25,619 bases of DNA from a virus (IMGVR_UViG_3300032277_002989:1-25619); one strand, 5' to 3'. Positions 16,751-24,986 are shown, counted from the stretch's first letter. Notes: generated by a model from the letters alone, not told the origin. Numbers and translations: made by a program.

Positions 16751-18673
16751 ATGAAGACCCATACACTTGTAGAAAACGGTGCCCATAAATGGCTGATTCT
16801 CGGGCGGGATTCCGAGCGCCCGGCCAATGTCGCGGATACCAACCAGATTGTGATTCGTTCAGACCAGACGACTGTTCTTGTCGATCCGGGTGGCATCGAG
16901 ATATTTCCGGCGTTTTTGGAAACCCTAAGTGAATCGGCGCCAATCGATACGATCTCAAAAATTCTGCTGACCTCGGCGGACCCCCACTCTACGTCGTCAT
17001 TGCCGCTCTGGCGCCAAATCTGCTCCTCCGATCTACAAATATCGGCACCCGCCTTACTGTCGGACCTGCTCACCCATCTAGATGCCGATTGTGTGCTGAA
17101 CTCGATCGGTGAAGATGGTGATACCATCGACATCACAGACACCTTCAGCCTGCAGATCATCCCGGCCCACCATCTTCATGGGCCCGCCGCATATTCCGTC
17201 TATGACCCGATCTCGAAAGCTCTGTATAGCGGCAGCATCGGTTCGGCTGTCAACACGGCGAACGCGTCCGGTGAATTTGTTGTAGAGAGTTTTACCAAAC
17301 ACCTGGCGTTTCTGGAGCCCTATCATGGTCGCTGGTTCGCCTCAACTCGGGCACGCGATGCCTGGATTAAACGTATTGATGGTCTTGATATCGATTACCT
17401 TGTGCCGCACCGTGGTCCGGCATTTACTGATGAGCGGGTCGGGCGGTTTCTCGACTGGTTTTCATCCGCACCCATCGGCACCCTGTTCCCGATTGCCGTT
17501 ATCCCCCCCATTGAACAACCGACCCCAGAGGAAAATTTGGCCCCCGAAACAGAACTGCCCGCAAGCCCTGAAATCGATGATCTGATGGCAGAATTTGCTC
17601 CCGAACCCAAAGGTGAGCCGGAACCCGCACCTCCGCTCGAAACAGAACCGGCAGAAGCCCTTTCTGATAACGATCAGGAACTCGATGATGCGTTTGCTGA
17701 GTTAATGGACGAACCGGCCCCGCAACAAACCGGCAAGCCGGAACCGGGCGCAGAATATCGCCTTGTCACCCGAAGCGATTTCGACGGTCTGGTCTGTGCT
17801 GTTCTTCTAGAAAATCTGGACATGATCGACGATATCCTGTTTGTCCATCCCAATGATATGCAGGAAGGCCGGGTCGAGATCAACGGCAAAGACATCACCA
17901 CAAACCTGCCCTACGTTCCCGGCTGCCACCTGTCATTCGATCACCACCTGAGCGAAATTGCCCGACTGGGCCGCAAGTACGATAACCATATCATCTTCCC
18001 GGATGCGCCTTCCGCCGCGCGAGTTGTCTATGACTATTACGGCGGTAAAGATGGCTTCCCCACCATATCGGTAGAAATGATGGAGGCCGTTGATCAGGGT
18101 GATTCGGCAGCCTACGAAATGGATGACGTGCTCAACCCCCAGCGATGGGCGCTGTTGAATTTCATCATGGATTCAAGAAGTGGCCTCGGCCGTTTCAAGG
18201 GTTTTCGGGTTCCCAATTATGAATTGATGATGAGCCTTATTGAATGGTGCGCTGAATATACCATTGATGAAATTCTAGAGCTTCCTGATGTCAAAGAGCG
18301 GGCCGAATTTTTCCTTGAACAGCAGGTCAAATTCAAGGAGCAACTTCAACGCTGCACCACCGTTGTTGGTAACCTGGCGGTTATTGATCTTCTGAGTGAA
18401 GACACCGTTTATGTTGGCAACCGGTTCATGATCTATGCCCTGTTCCCTCAGTGTAATATCTCCATGCACTGCATGTGGGGGCGCGACAAACAAGCCAACG
18501 TTTTTGCGGTCGGTAAATCGATCTTCGATAAATCATCAAAGACAAATGTTGGCGAATTGATGCTGCAATATGGCGGCGGTGGTCACCACGCCGCGGGCAC
18601 CTGTCAGGCCGACCCCTTGTTGGCGTCGACCGTCAGGCAGGCCCTCATTCAAAAGATCAACGAAGACGGATGA
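16751..18673 (+). CDS. Fusion of a degenerate ODP-like metallo-beta-lactamase-fold domain, an acidic Pro-rich linker and a DHH/DHHA1 phosphoesterase, 640 aa
   Basis: N-terminal DTNQ..I, LVDPGG, PAHHLH, YDPISKALYSG. C-terminal YRLVTRSDFDGLVCAVLL, SFDHH, APSAARVVY, GGGGHHAAGTCQ. Confidence 0.85.
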   Translation: MKTHTLVENGAHKWLILGRDSERPANVADTNQIVIRSDQTTVLVDPGGIEIFPAFLETLSESAPIDTISKILLTSADPHSTSSLPLWRQICSSDLQISAPALLSDLLTHLDADCVLNSIGEDGDTIDITDTFSLQIIPAHHLHGPAAYSVYDPISKALYSGSIGSAVNTANASGEFVVESFTKHLAFLEPYHGRWFASTRARDAWIKRIDGLDIDYLVPHRGPAFTDERVGRFLDWFSSAPIGTLFPIAVIPPIEQPTPEENLAPETELPASPEIDDLMAEFAPEPKGEPEPAPPLETEPAEALSDNDQELDDAFAELMDEPAPQQTGKPEPGAEYRLVTRSDFDGLVCAVLLENLDMIDDILFVHPNDMQEGRVEINGKDITTNLPYVPGCHLSFDHHLSEIARLGRKYDNHIIFPDAPSAARVVYDYYGGKDGFPTISVEMMEAVDQGDSAAYEMDDVLNPQRWALLNFIMDSRSGLGRFKGFRVPNYELMMSLIEWCAEYTIDEILELPDVKERAEFFLEQQVKFKEQLQRCTTVVGNLAVIDLLSEDTVYVGNRFMIYALFPQCNISMHCMWGRDKQANVFAVGKSIFDKSSKTNVGELMLQYGGGGHHAAGTCQADPLLASTVRQALIQKINEDG

Positions 18674-18678
18674 TATTG

Positions 18679-18864
18679 TCAGGCCAGACCCGCCGGCATC
18701 ACGTCGCGTAACCACAACAGGTCTTCGCCGGCCTCAATCAGCTGTTCTTCCAAACAGAACAGGACGTCTCCCGTCAGCCGGTCAATGATCGCCTCGGCCC
18801 GGTCATCGGGCAGCGCCAGCAGCCCTGACAGGCTGGCGTGAATAAGGTGTCTTGGGTCCATCAT
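18679..18864 (-). CDS. Small acidic helical hypothetical protein, 61 aa
   Basis: TAATG overlap with the upstream gene and a GAGGA RBS; stop lies 5 bp from the convergent DHH gene stop. Confidence 0.5.
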   Translation of the reverse strand: MMDPRHLIHASLSGLLALPDDRAEAIIDRLTGDVLFCLEEQLIEAGEDLLWLRDVMPAGLA

Positions 18865-19484
18865 TACCGTCCTCGTTCTTCCAGCAGATCGACAAACGGG
18901 CTGATGGATTTCTGAAACGCCTGAAACTGCCCCCGTTTGCGTGCCGAAGATTCTTCCAGCAGGTTGATCCGGTTTGCCGATGCCGTCTGCTGACGAACAC
19001 TGCCCAAATGATCGTTTGATGCCTCATCGGTCTGTTTCTGCAAGCCCCTCAGAACGGCACTCGCTGAACCGCCGGCGGATGATGTGCCACTGGCCCCAAA
19101 GCGCGCCCGTTGCTGGGCAAGGGTTCGCTTGAGATCACTCCGCCGTTTTCGCTCGGCTACTTCAAAATCCCGTTGAAGCCGCGCACGTTCGGCGTCGTTT
19201 CGGGCCCGGGCGATGGCGGCTTGCGATCTCTGTTGTTGCAGCGCCCCCAATTGCGTTAATCCGGTTAGCCCGGCATTTGCTGCGACTGCCCAAGGAGATA
19301 CTGTCGGGGCAATGACTGCACCGAATTCACCAATTCCTCCTAGCCCAGTAAGTCCAGCGGAGCTGGCGAGCGACGCAGCACTAGCGGACCCCGCAGTTGC
19401 AGCGGCTCCAGCAATCGCTGCCCCAAGATAAGGAGCCGCAATCGCTGCCGCAATTGGAAGAGCTACCTTTCCAAAGTCTCCCAT
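18864..19484 (-). CDS. Internal virion (ejection) protein, gp14-like, copy B with long hydrophobic Gly/Ala N-terminus, 206 aa
   Basis: Motif QQRARFGASG..GGSA shared with 10202..10645; AAAGGAG RBS. Confidence 0.65.
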   Translation of the reverse strand: MGDFGKVALPIAAAIAAPYLGAAIAGAAATAGSASAASLASSAGLTGLGGIGEFGAVIAPTVSPWAVAANAGLTGLTQLGALQQQRSQAAIARARNDAERARLQRDFEVAERKRRSDLKRTLAQQRARFGASGTSSAGGSASAVLRGLQKQTDEASNDHLGSVRQQTASANRINLLEESSARKRGQFQAFQKSISPFVDLLEERGR

Positions 19485-19511
19485 TAAATTCTCCTTTCCT
19501 GAAGGTCCGAC

Positions 19512-20996
19512 CTAAGCCAAAAACCCGAGCATCTGTCCGAGCCGTTTGCTCAGGTCGTCGGGGTCTTTAATTTTGCTGGCGAGCTCGAAGACCGTTCGGG
19601 TTTTGGGACCGATGTCACCATCGATTTTTAGTTTTTCGACGCGCCCATCCGTTGCTTCATTCAGCGCCTCCTGCAGGATTGTTGCCTCGACTCTGTTGCC
19701 TGTGGAGTTGTCATCGCCTCTGAACAGTCTCCCGAAAGCTTTTGCAGTTTGTGCCTCAAGTGCTGAGGTGTCGGCGGACTTCCGGGTCTCTTCGATCAAC
19801 GTTCTGAACTTGCCGAGCGCCACGGCTTCTTCAATCTTGCCCGGGCCGTTGGTCGCCAGAGCACGCCGGAACTGGGCCCGTGTCTTGGGCCCGAACGTGC
19901 CATCGGTTTTCAACAGGGACCGACGCGGCCCTGTTTCCGCATTGATCAGGTTGAGGCCGGATTGCAGCTCCTTGACCGGAGGGGGGGAGTCGTCATCATC
20001 AGCACCTTTGATAATTTTCTCGCCAATCCGCCGCGCCGCCGCATCCAGATCTTCGCCGTCCGGGGTTTGCAGGGGTGATGGTTTATCAGGGATAGAGACA
20101 CGTGCTTCCGGTTCGATCAAACGACCGACCGCATCCCGGTCAACTTCGTCGGTGCCATAACGACGATCATAAAATGTCCGAACCGCCTGATCCATGCCCC
20201 CCCGTTCCGGGTGGCCCGAAGGCAGCGCCGCAACCCGCCCTTGAACCCGGCGCGCTTCCTCTTCAGTCCAAAGCGAAGGGTCTTTAAGCATGACTTCTTC
20301 CACTTCATCGCCGGGCCGGGATGCGTCTTCTATGAATTTCCGTTTCTCAGGAGAGATGGGGCCGTCCTTTTTGGCGCCCACACCTGGTTTTTGATCTTCT
20401 GCATCCTGTTCTTTGCCGTCAAACACGTCGATATAAGGAGCAGGTAAGACCACCATATCTTCAACTAGGTCCAGATAGGGGGCTGGAATAACGCCATCAA
20501 AATCATCCTTTGTTTCCAAGTCATCATGCAAGGGTTCTGCATCTTTTTCTGTTCGATAAGACCGTTGCGACGGAATCTTCCGGCCAAACCCGTCCATTGC
20601 CTGCCTTGCGGCGTCGGATGCTTTCGCACCCTTGCGGCCCAATTGGAAAGCCGCATCGCCAATAGATTGAAGCTCCTCCAGTTCTGATTTTGATAGTGGT
20701 GAAAATTCTTGTGCCTTCAGTGCACGGTTTATGAGGTAGGCGCCCTTGGAAAACTCAAACCGTTTCTTGAATTCGAACGCGCCCATCGATGCAGCCTTTT
20801 CGAGCTCTTCATAAGTGGTAGACCCAGATGCAAGAAAGTTGTCTGCCAAAGTCTTTATATCATCTAGTGTCCGGATGCCGGTCGATTGCTCTTGATATGC
20901 TGTAATCCCTCGACCGGTGATCGCCTCCATAAGAGCCATCGTCGCGGCTTTGCGGTTAACTATATATTCTCGTTTTTTTGCTCTATCTTCTGGCAT
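19512..20996 (-). CDS. Hypothetical internal/cargo protein with two peptidoglycan-binding-like motifs, 494 aa
   Basis: LQSGLN...LKTDGTFGPKT and LQEALN...LKIDGDIGPKT; tandem PAPYxD repeats; GAGGA RBS. Confidence 0.65.
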   Translation of the reverse strand: MPEDRAKKREYIVNRKAATMALMEAITGRGITAYQEQSTGIRTLDDIKTLADNFLASGSTTYEELEKAASMGAFEFKKRFEFSKGAYLINRALKAQEFSPLSKSELEELQSIGDAAFQLGRKGAKASDAARQAMDGFGRKIPSQRSYRTEKDAEPLHDDLETKDDFDGVIPAPYLDLVEDMVVLPAPYIDVFDGKEQDAEDQKPGVGAKKDGPISPEKRKFIEDASRPGDEVEEVMLKDPSLWTEEEARRVQGRVAALPSGHPERGGMDQAVRTFYDRRYGTDEVDRDAVGRLIEPEARVSIPDKPSPLQTPDGEDLDAAARRIGEKIIKGADDDDSPPPVKELQSGLNLINAETGPRRSLLKTDGTFGPKTRAQFRRALATNGPGKIEEAVALGKFRTLIEETRKSADTSALEAQTAKAFGRLFRGDDNSTGNRVEATILQEALNEATDGRVEKLKIDGDIGPKTRTVFELASKIKDPDDLSKRLGQMLGFLA

Positions 20997-21024
20997 GGTA
21001 TTTGTCCTCAGTTAACGAGTTGCA

Positions 21025-21768
21025 TCAATCTCTCTCAGGATAAAGTTTCTGAAATCCTTCACGCACTTCGGCGACGATGGAGGGGTCTTGATCGCGCCAG
21101 TAGCGGGGGTCGCGCATCAGCGATTTCAGGCTTTTTTCGTTGACGCCGCTGGTTGCCTGACTGCCCGGTTCCAGCAATCCCGGCTCGCCCTTGCTCATCA
21201 ATTGGTGCATGGATTTGACGCCCTCGACCGATGAGGCCAGGGCCTGATAGACGTCGGTGGGATAGTTGGCTTTGCCCCATTTGGAAATCTGTGCCGACAG
21301 ATCTCGCCAGCTGTCTTCACCGCCAAATTCTTCGGCCAGTCGGGCGACCTGATGCTGGGCTTCCATCTCCACCGACATTTGGGTGACTAGCGGATACAAG
21401 TGTTCACCCGCCAGGTCGTAGACCATCTGCGCCTGGTTTTGGGTAAAACCCGCCTCATGAAGGCGGGCGTTTAAGGCCGGATCGGAATTTACCAATTCAC
21501 TTGATGGCGTGATGGCGTAATCGTCAACGGTCTCTGGCACAATATCCTGGCCCTGACCACCCAACCGTTTCTCCAGCGTAAGATAGGACTTCAGCAGTGA
21601 GTCGGTTCGGATATCGGATTTTTCCTCATCCCAGAATTTGTCCGGTAATCCGTCGGGGCGGGGGGCGCTTTCAGCGGATAGTCCCGGTGGGGTTGAGGCA
21701 TCCGGAGCAAATTCCGTGAGCATTTCGCCAAAGGACTCGGTTGCCTCAGGTGATGTCAGATCGGTCAT
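21025..21768 (-). CDS. Capsid scaffolding (assembly) protein, T7 gp9-like, 247 aa
   Basis: RPDGLPDKFWD, LLKSYLTLEKRLG, VPETVDDY, C-terminal MRDPRYW..DP; acidic. ATG 21768 has a GAAGGA RBS. Confidence 0.85.
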   Translation of the reverse strand: MTDLTSPEATESFGEMLTEFAPDASTPPGLSAESAPRPDGLPDKFWDEEKSDIRTDSLLKSYLTLEKRLGGQGQDIVPETVDDYAITPSSELVNSDPALNARLHEAGFTQNQAQMVYDLAGEHLYPLVTQMSVEMEAQHQVARLAEEFGGEDSWRDLSAQISKWGKANYPTDVYQALASSVEGVKSMHQLMSKGEPGLLEPGSQATSGVNEKSLKSLMRDPRYWRDQDPSIVAEVREGFQKLYPERD

Positions 21769-21796
21769 GTTGTTTTCCTTCTGTCGTGACGGGGTG

Positions 21797-22087
21797 TCAA
21801 TTGGGTGGGTTGGCGCCGTGCTCAACCATTTTGCTCAACATGGCGACCAACTGGCGTTGGCCTTCCAAATGACGGAGCAGGGTGTCGCTGGAGTCAGGCC
21901 CGAGGGTACGTTCAATGGTGATGGCCCGAAGGTAGTCAAGCAGGTAGCTGCCCTCGTGGGTCTGGAACAACCGTGCGGCGATTTTCACCAGCTGCGCTTT
22001 GTCAAAGGGTGACGGCGAAGTTTGTTTGGCCGGTGTCGGCTCAAACCAGTCCCAGTCGCCACGTTGGTCATGTGTCCGGTCACTCAT
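21797..22087 (-). CDS. Bbp19-like small protein between portal and scaffold, 96 aa
   Basis: ARLFQTHEG..LLDYLR...LRHLEGQRQLV pattern; 8-bp overlap with the portal gene end. Confidence 0.7.
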   Translation of the reverse strand: MSDRTHDQRGDWDWFEPTPAKQTSPSPFDKAQLVKIAARLFQTHEGSYLLDYLRAITIERTLGPDSSDTLLRHLEGQRQLVAMLSKMVEHGANPPN

Positions 22088-23669
22088 TTACGGTCTCCGT
22101 CGGCAAAAATGATTGAGCGAGTTCGGTGATGTCGGGACCTGACGGAGAAATATCTCCCAGGAGACCGGCGACTCCCGCGAGATCAGGCGGTATGTCGCTG
22201 AGGCCGTCTGATCCCGGTTGACGGATAATGTCGCTGGGTACGCCAAAGGCCTTACCCAGCCAACGTGCCGCAGCACCATGATCGACGACACCGGCACCTT
22301 CTGGCCCCAATACCTGAATAGCCTCGAGCCAGCGAATGGTGTTTTGTGAATCCTGGCGCGCCTGTTGTCGGGCCAGTGGTGACTTGTATTCAAGATCAAC
22401 GGTGCGCCCGTCTATATGAATGTCGGCCACTTCACCGCGTCGCCTGAGGATCGCTAGCGCCCGGCTGACCAGCGGCGTCAGTAGTTCCGATTGCAATCGC
22501 CCATAAGTGGCACCCAATAAACGGGCCATATCGGCAGAGCGTTCCAAGACTTCCGTCGCTGTCATTCGCGGGTCTTCGGGCTGACCCAGTTTGTCGACCA
22601 GTAGGGCGCGACGGATGTTCTTGCGGAGGTCTTGCAAAATCAATTGCGACAGGTCAAATCTTCCGGGTGCTTCCAGGGGTGTCAGGCCAGCCGAGCCGAC
22701 GGCTTTCGGAATAATGGTTCCCGGTTTCAGTTTGATATTGGCCGGGTTCAAAACTCCATCGTCATCGGCCTGCCAGATTCCGGTGACCGCAATGGAGGCA
22801 TTTTTGAGAATTAATTCGACCACCTTGTTGGCCGTTTTAATGTCCGGCAGGGCCTTCATCACGGGTGAGCGTCCGTAAACTTCTCCCGGTGCCTTCAGCC
22901 AGCGAAAGTTTATAAAAGGCGAGTGGCGGAATTTTCCCTTCGACAGCAAAGTCGCTTCGCTATGTCGATCGCCACTGCCCTGTGTGGCGGCATAATAGCT
23001 GTACCCCCGTTCAACCGGAATGACCGCCTCGATCACTCCGATCCGGAAATCAGCATCCTTTTGACCGTGTTCAATGACCTCTGCAGGCAACGCTGCATCC
23101 GGGAACCGTGAGCGAATTTGTTCGGGCGTCAGTTCGGATCGCCGGTAGGTGGTATCCAGTTGACCGAAGGCGTTTTCCTCAAAGACGACCTGCGATAAAG
23201 GCACGGCGGTAAATCGAAACGCCGTTGGGGCGCCAGGCTCGGCTTCTTCGAACAACAGACAGGCGCTACCGACGGCCACCAGGTCGAGGTAACACTGATG
23301 CATTTCGATGGCAAAATTGGAGCGGTCAAAATGAGACTGTAAGGTCGATGCAGTACTTTCCAATGTCGACGCAACCAAGGAGCGTTCTTCGTCGGTGATA
23401 TCAGGACCTTCGGTAAACCCGAACCACCTTGCCCATGGCGGGGTTAATTGTGACAGTAGGCTGGCGGCCAGGTGTTCAACGCCATCCGGTGCTGTGCCAT
23501 CAAACAGCTTATCGGATTGTTTCGATCCGGGAGTCGCAGAACCCGACGCATTACCTTTGTGGGGCAGGGCGAAGTCGTAACATTCCTGCCAGTGCGATTC
23601 CCATGCAAATCGTTTCTGTTTGGCTTTTTCATAACGCTCGCTCAGTTGAGTTGCGGATGTCTCTGTCAT
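22080..23669 (-). CDS. Portal (head-to-tail connector), T7 gp8/Bbp21-like, 529 aa
   Basis: WESHWQECYDFALP, LFDGTA, LTPPWARWF, SNF..EMH..YLDL, RW.K.PGEVYGRSP...ALPDIK, MTATEV.ER, EYKSPLA. Confidence 0.95.
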   Translation of the reverse strand: MTETSATQLSERYEKAKQKRFAWESHWQECYDFALPHKGNASGSATPGSKQSDKLFDGTAPDGVEHLAASLLSQLTPPWARWFGFTEGPDITDEERSLVASTLESTASTLQSHFDRSNFAIEMHQCYLDLVAVGSACLLFEEAEPGAPTAFRFTAVPLSQVVFEENAFGQLDTTYRRSELTPEQIRSRFPDAALPAEVIEHGQKDADFRIGVIEAVIPVERGYSYYAATQGSGDRHSEATLLSKGKFRHSPFINFRWLKAPGEVYGRSPVMKALPDIKTANKVVELILKNASIAVTGIWQADDDGVLNPANIKLKPGTIIPKAVGSAGLTPLEAPGRFDLSQLILQDLRKNIRRALLVDKLGQPEDPRMTATEVLERSADMARLLGATYGRLQSELLTPLVSRALAILRRRGEVADIHIDGRTVDLEYKSPLARQQARQDSQNTIRWLEAIQVLGPEGAGVVDHGAAARWLGKAFGVPSDIIRQPGSDGLSDIPPDLAGVAGLLGDISPSGPDITELAQSFLPTETVNE

Positions 23670-23671
23670 GT

Positions 23672-23878
23672 TTATTCTCCTAACAGGGTTTTTCCCGAGC
23701 TCCCGGATTGCTTGGTGGTGAGCAGGCCTCTTCGTGATGTTGCGATCAATCCCGTCCGTCCACGCCGTCGTCGGTCCAAAGCCTCCAGCCGACGCTCACG
23801 GTCTTGGGCATCCGGATCGGGCAAGGGAGGTGGTTCGGGTATGGGCGGTGGTTTTGGGGAAGAAAAAATTGCTCCCAT
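23672..23878 (-). CDS. Small Pro-rich pre-portal virion protein (T7 gp6.7/7.3 position), 68 aa
   Basis: MGAIFSSPKPPPIPEPPP...RRRRGRTGLIATS...KTLLG; ATG 23878 has an AAAGGA RBS. Confidence 0.75.
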   Translation of the reverse strand: MGAIFSSPKPPPIPEPPPLPDPDAQDRERRLEALDRRRRGRTGLIATSRRGLLTTKQSGSSGKTLLGE

Positions 23879-23902
23879 GGAGTGGTCCTTTCGTATCAGG
23901 CA

Positions 23903-23933
23903 TAAAAAAACCCATCGGTGAGGCCGATGGGTT
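23903..23933 (-). terminator. Intrinsic terminator between the late promoter and the first virion gene
   Basis: Minus strand AACCCATCGG-CCTCA-CCGATGGGTT-TTTTTATG. Confidence 0.85.
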
Positions 23934-23964
23934 GAGGACACAGTTGTCCCGTTCGCTGGACACA

Positions 23965-23993
23965 GGTGTAGCTCATTCATTTTGCTAAGTCAA
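23965..23993 (-). promoter_or_regulatory. Putative sigma70 late promoter
   Basis: Minus strand TTGACT (23993-23988), 17-bp spacer, TACACC (23970-23965), with an AT-rich upstream tract. Confidence 0.6.
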
Positions 23994-24072
23994 GCTAAAA
24001 AACCTATAAAAGGAATAATAACATATTTATGCCATAATTTGGAAATCACGTATGTGCCTGATCTGGCGAATT

Positions 24073-24471
24073 TTATCGCCAGTCGGTTTTAAGGCGCTTG
24101 AAAAGTTGCCAGGGGGTGAGGACAAAAAGGTCCTGAATCCCTAGCAGTCGTTTGACGGCTTCGACGCAGGTGAACAATGCCGGGGGGCATTTTTTTTGAC
24201 GTACGGGCTGGAGCGTGGTGCGCACGACCCGATATCCCTGTTGGCGAAACCAGAATTCTAAATCAACAGAATCCATTCCGGTGCAAACAGAGAGGCTGGT
24301 CATATGGGCAAGTGGGTCATAAAAAACCCACTGCCCGTGCGTGTATACACAGGCAAAACAATGTCGAAACCCACGCTTCAAGAGTCGCAGCCAACGGATA
24401 TCGGTTTCACCCGAAAATACGATCAGGGCAACGCCGTCGATATCCGGGATTTGATCCTGAACGACTGTCAC
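24073..24471 (-). CDS. Hypothetical protein, possible permuted papain-like (NlpC/P60-LRAT) enzyme, 132 aa
   Basis: His-before-Cys order: GFRHCF ... FTCVEAVKRLLG ... TPWQLF. 4-bp overlap with the upstream gene (GTG start). Confidence 0.55.
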   Translation of the reverse strand: MTVVQDQIPDIDGVALIVFSGETDIRWLRLLKRGFRHCFACVYTHGQWVFYDPLAHMTSLSVCTGMDSVDLEFWFRQQGYRVVRTTLQPVRQKKCPPALFTCVEAVKRLLGIQDLFVLTPWQLFKRLKTDWR

Positions 24472-24833
24472 TCAATAATATCCTTTTTTTTCAAAAGGGT
24501 AGTTAGCTTATCGAGGGCCTCTTCCCATAGGCGATGAGGGCGGACTTCTTCCTGGCAGCGCGGATCGGGTGGGCGTTCATGGTGTCCGTATTTGGCCAAG
24601 ACGTGTACGTGGTGAGGCGTGATTTTTTTGTTGTCGGAAAGGGTTTTGACGGCCCGGTACATGTCGTCCGGTTCGCAAGGACGGGCTTCACGGGCCATGT
24701 CGACCTCCATCCGTGCGCCATCGTTACGCGCTTTCTGGCAACGAATATACCAGAACCATGCTTCTTCCGCAGATTGAAATGGGGTTGTCCGACGAAGTGG
24801 GGTCGTTCGAGGAGCACGGGATTTTCGTCTCAT
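24468..24833 (-). CDS. Small basic helical protein divergent from the repressor, candidate activator/antiterminator, 121 aa
   Basis: ATG 24833 with AAAGGA RBS; PF.SAEEAWFW, RPCEPDD, LWEEAL..L. The function is inferred from position only. Confidence 0.55.
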   Translation of the reverse strand: MRRKSRAPRTTPLRRTTPFQSAEEAWFWYIRCQKARNDGARMEVDMAREARPCEPDDMYRAVKTLSDNKKITPHHVHVLAKYGHHERPPDPRCQEEVRPHRLWEEALDKLTTLLKKKDIIE

Positions 24834-24879
24834 AGCGGTCCTTTCGCGATTTATTCCTAAAGTTGTAAATACGAAATGT

Positions 24880-24894
24880 GTTCTTATTATGTTC
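24880..24894. promoter_or_regulatory. Alphaproteobacterial LexA (SOS) box GTTC-N7-GTTC
   Basis: GTTC-TTATTAT-GTTC, a perfect consensus match 46 bp upstream of ATG 24833. Confidence 0.75.
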
Positions 24895-24986
24895 GTAATA
24901 TGTAATTCCAAGGGTAGATAAAGTCAATCCCATAAAAGCAATATGTTCCTAATGACGGGAAAAGAAATTTATATGACAATGTTCCC

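Noticed and set aside
19546-20160. Long plus-strand ORFs (also 9378..9944, 6334..6876, 1976..2392, 23472..23921)
   Set aside because: They are antisense shadows of well-supported minus-strand genes, with no RBS or recognisable motifs.
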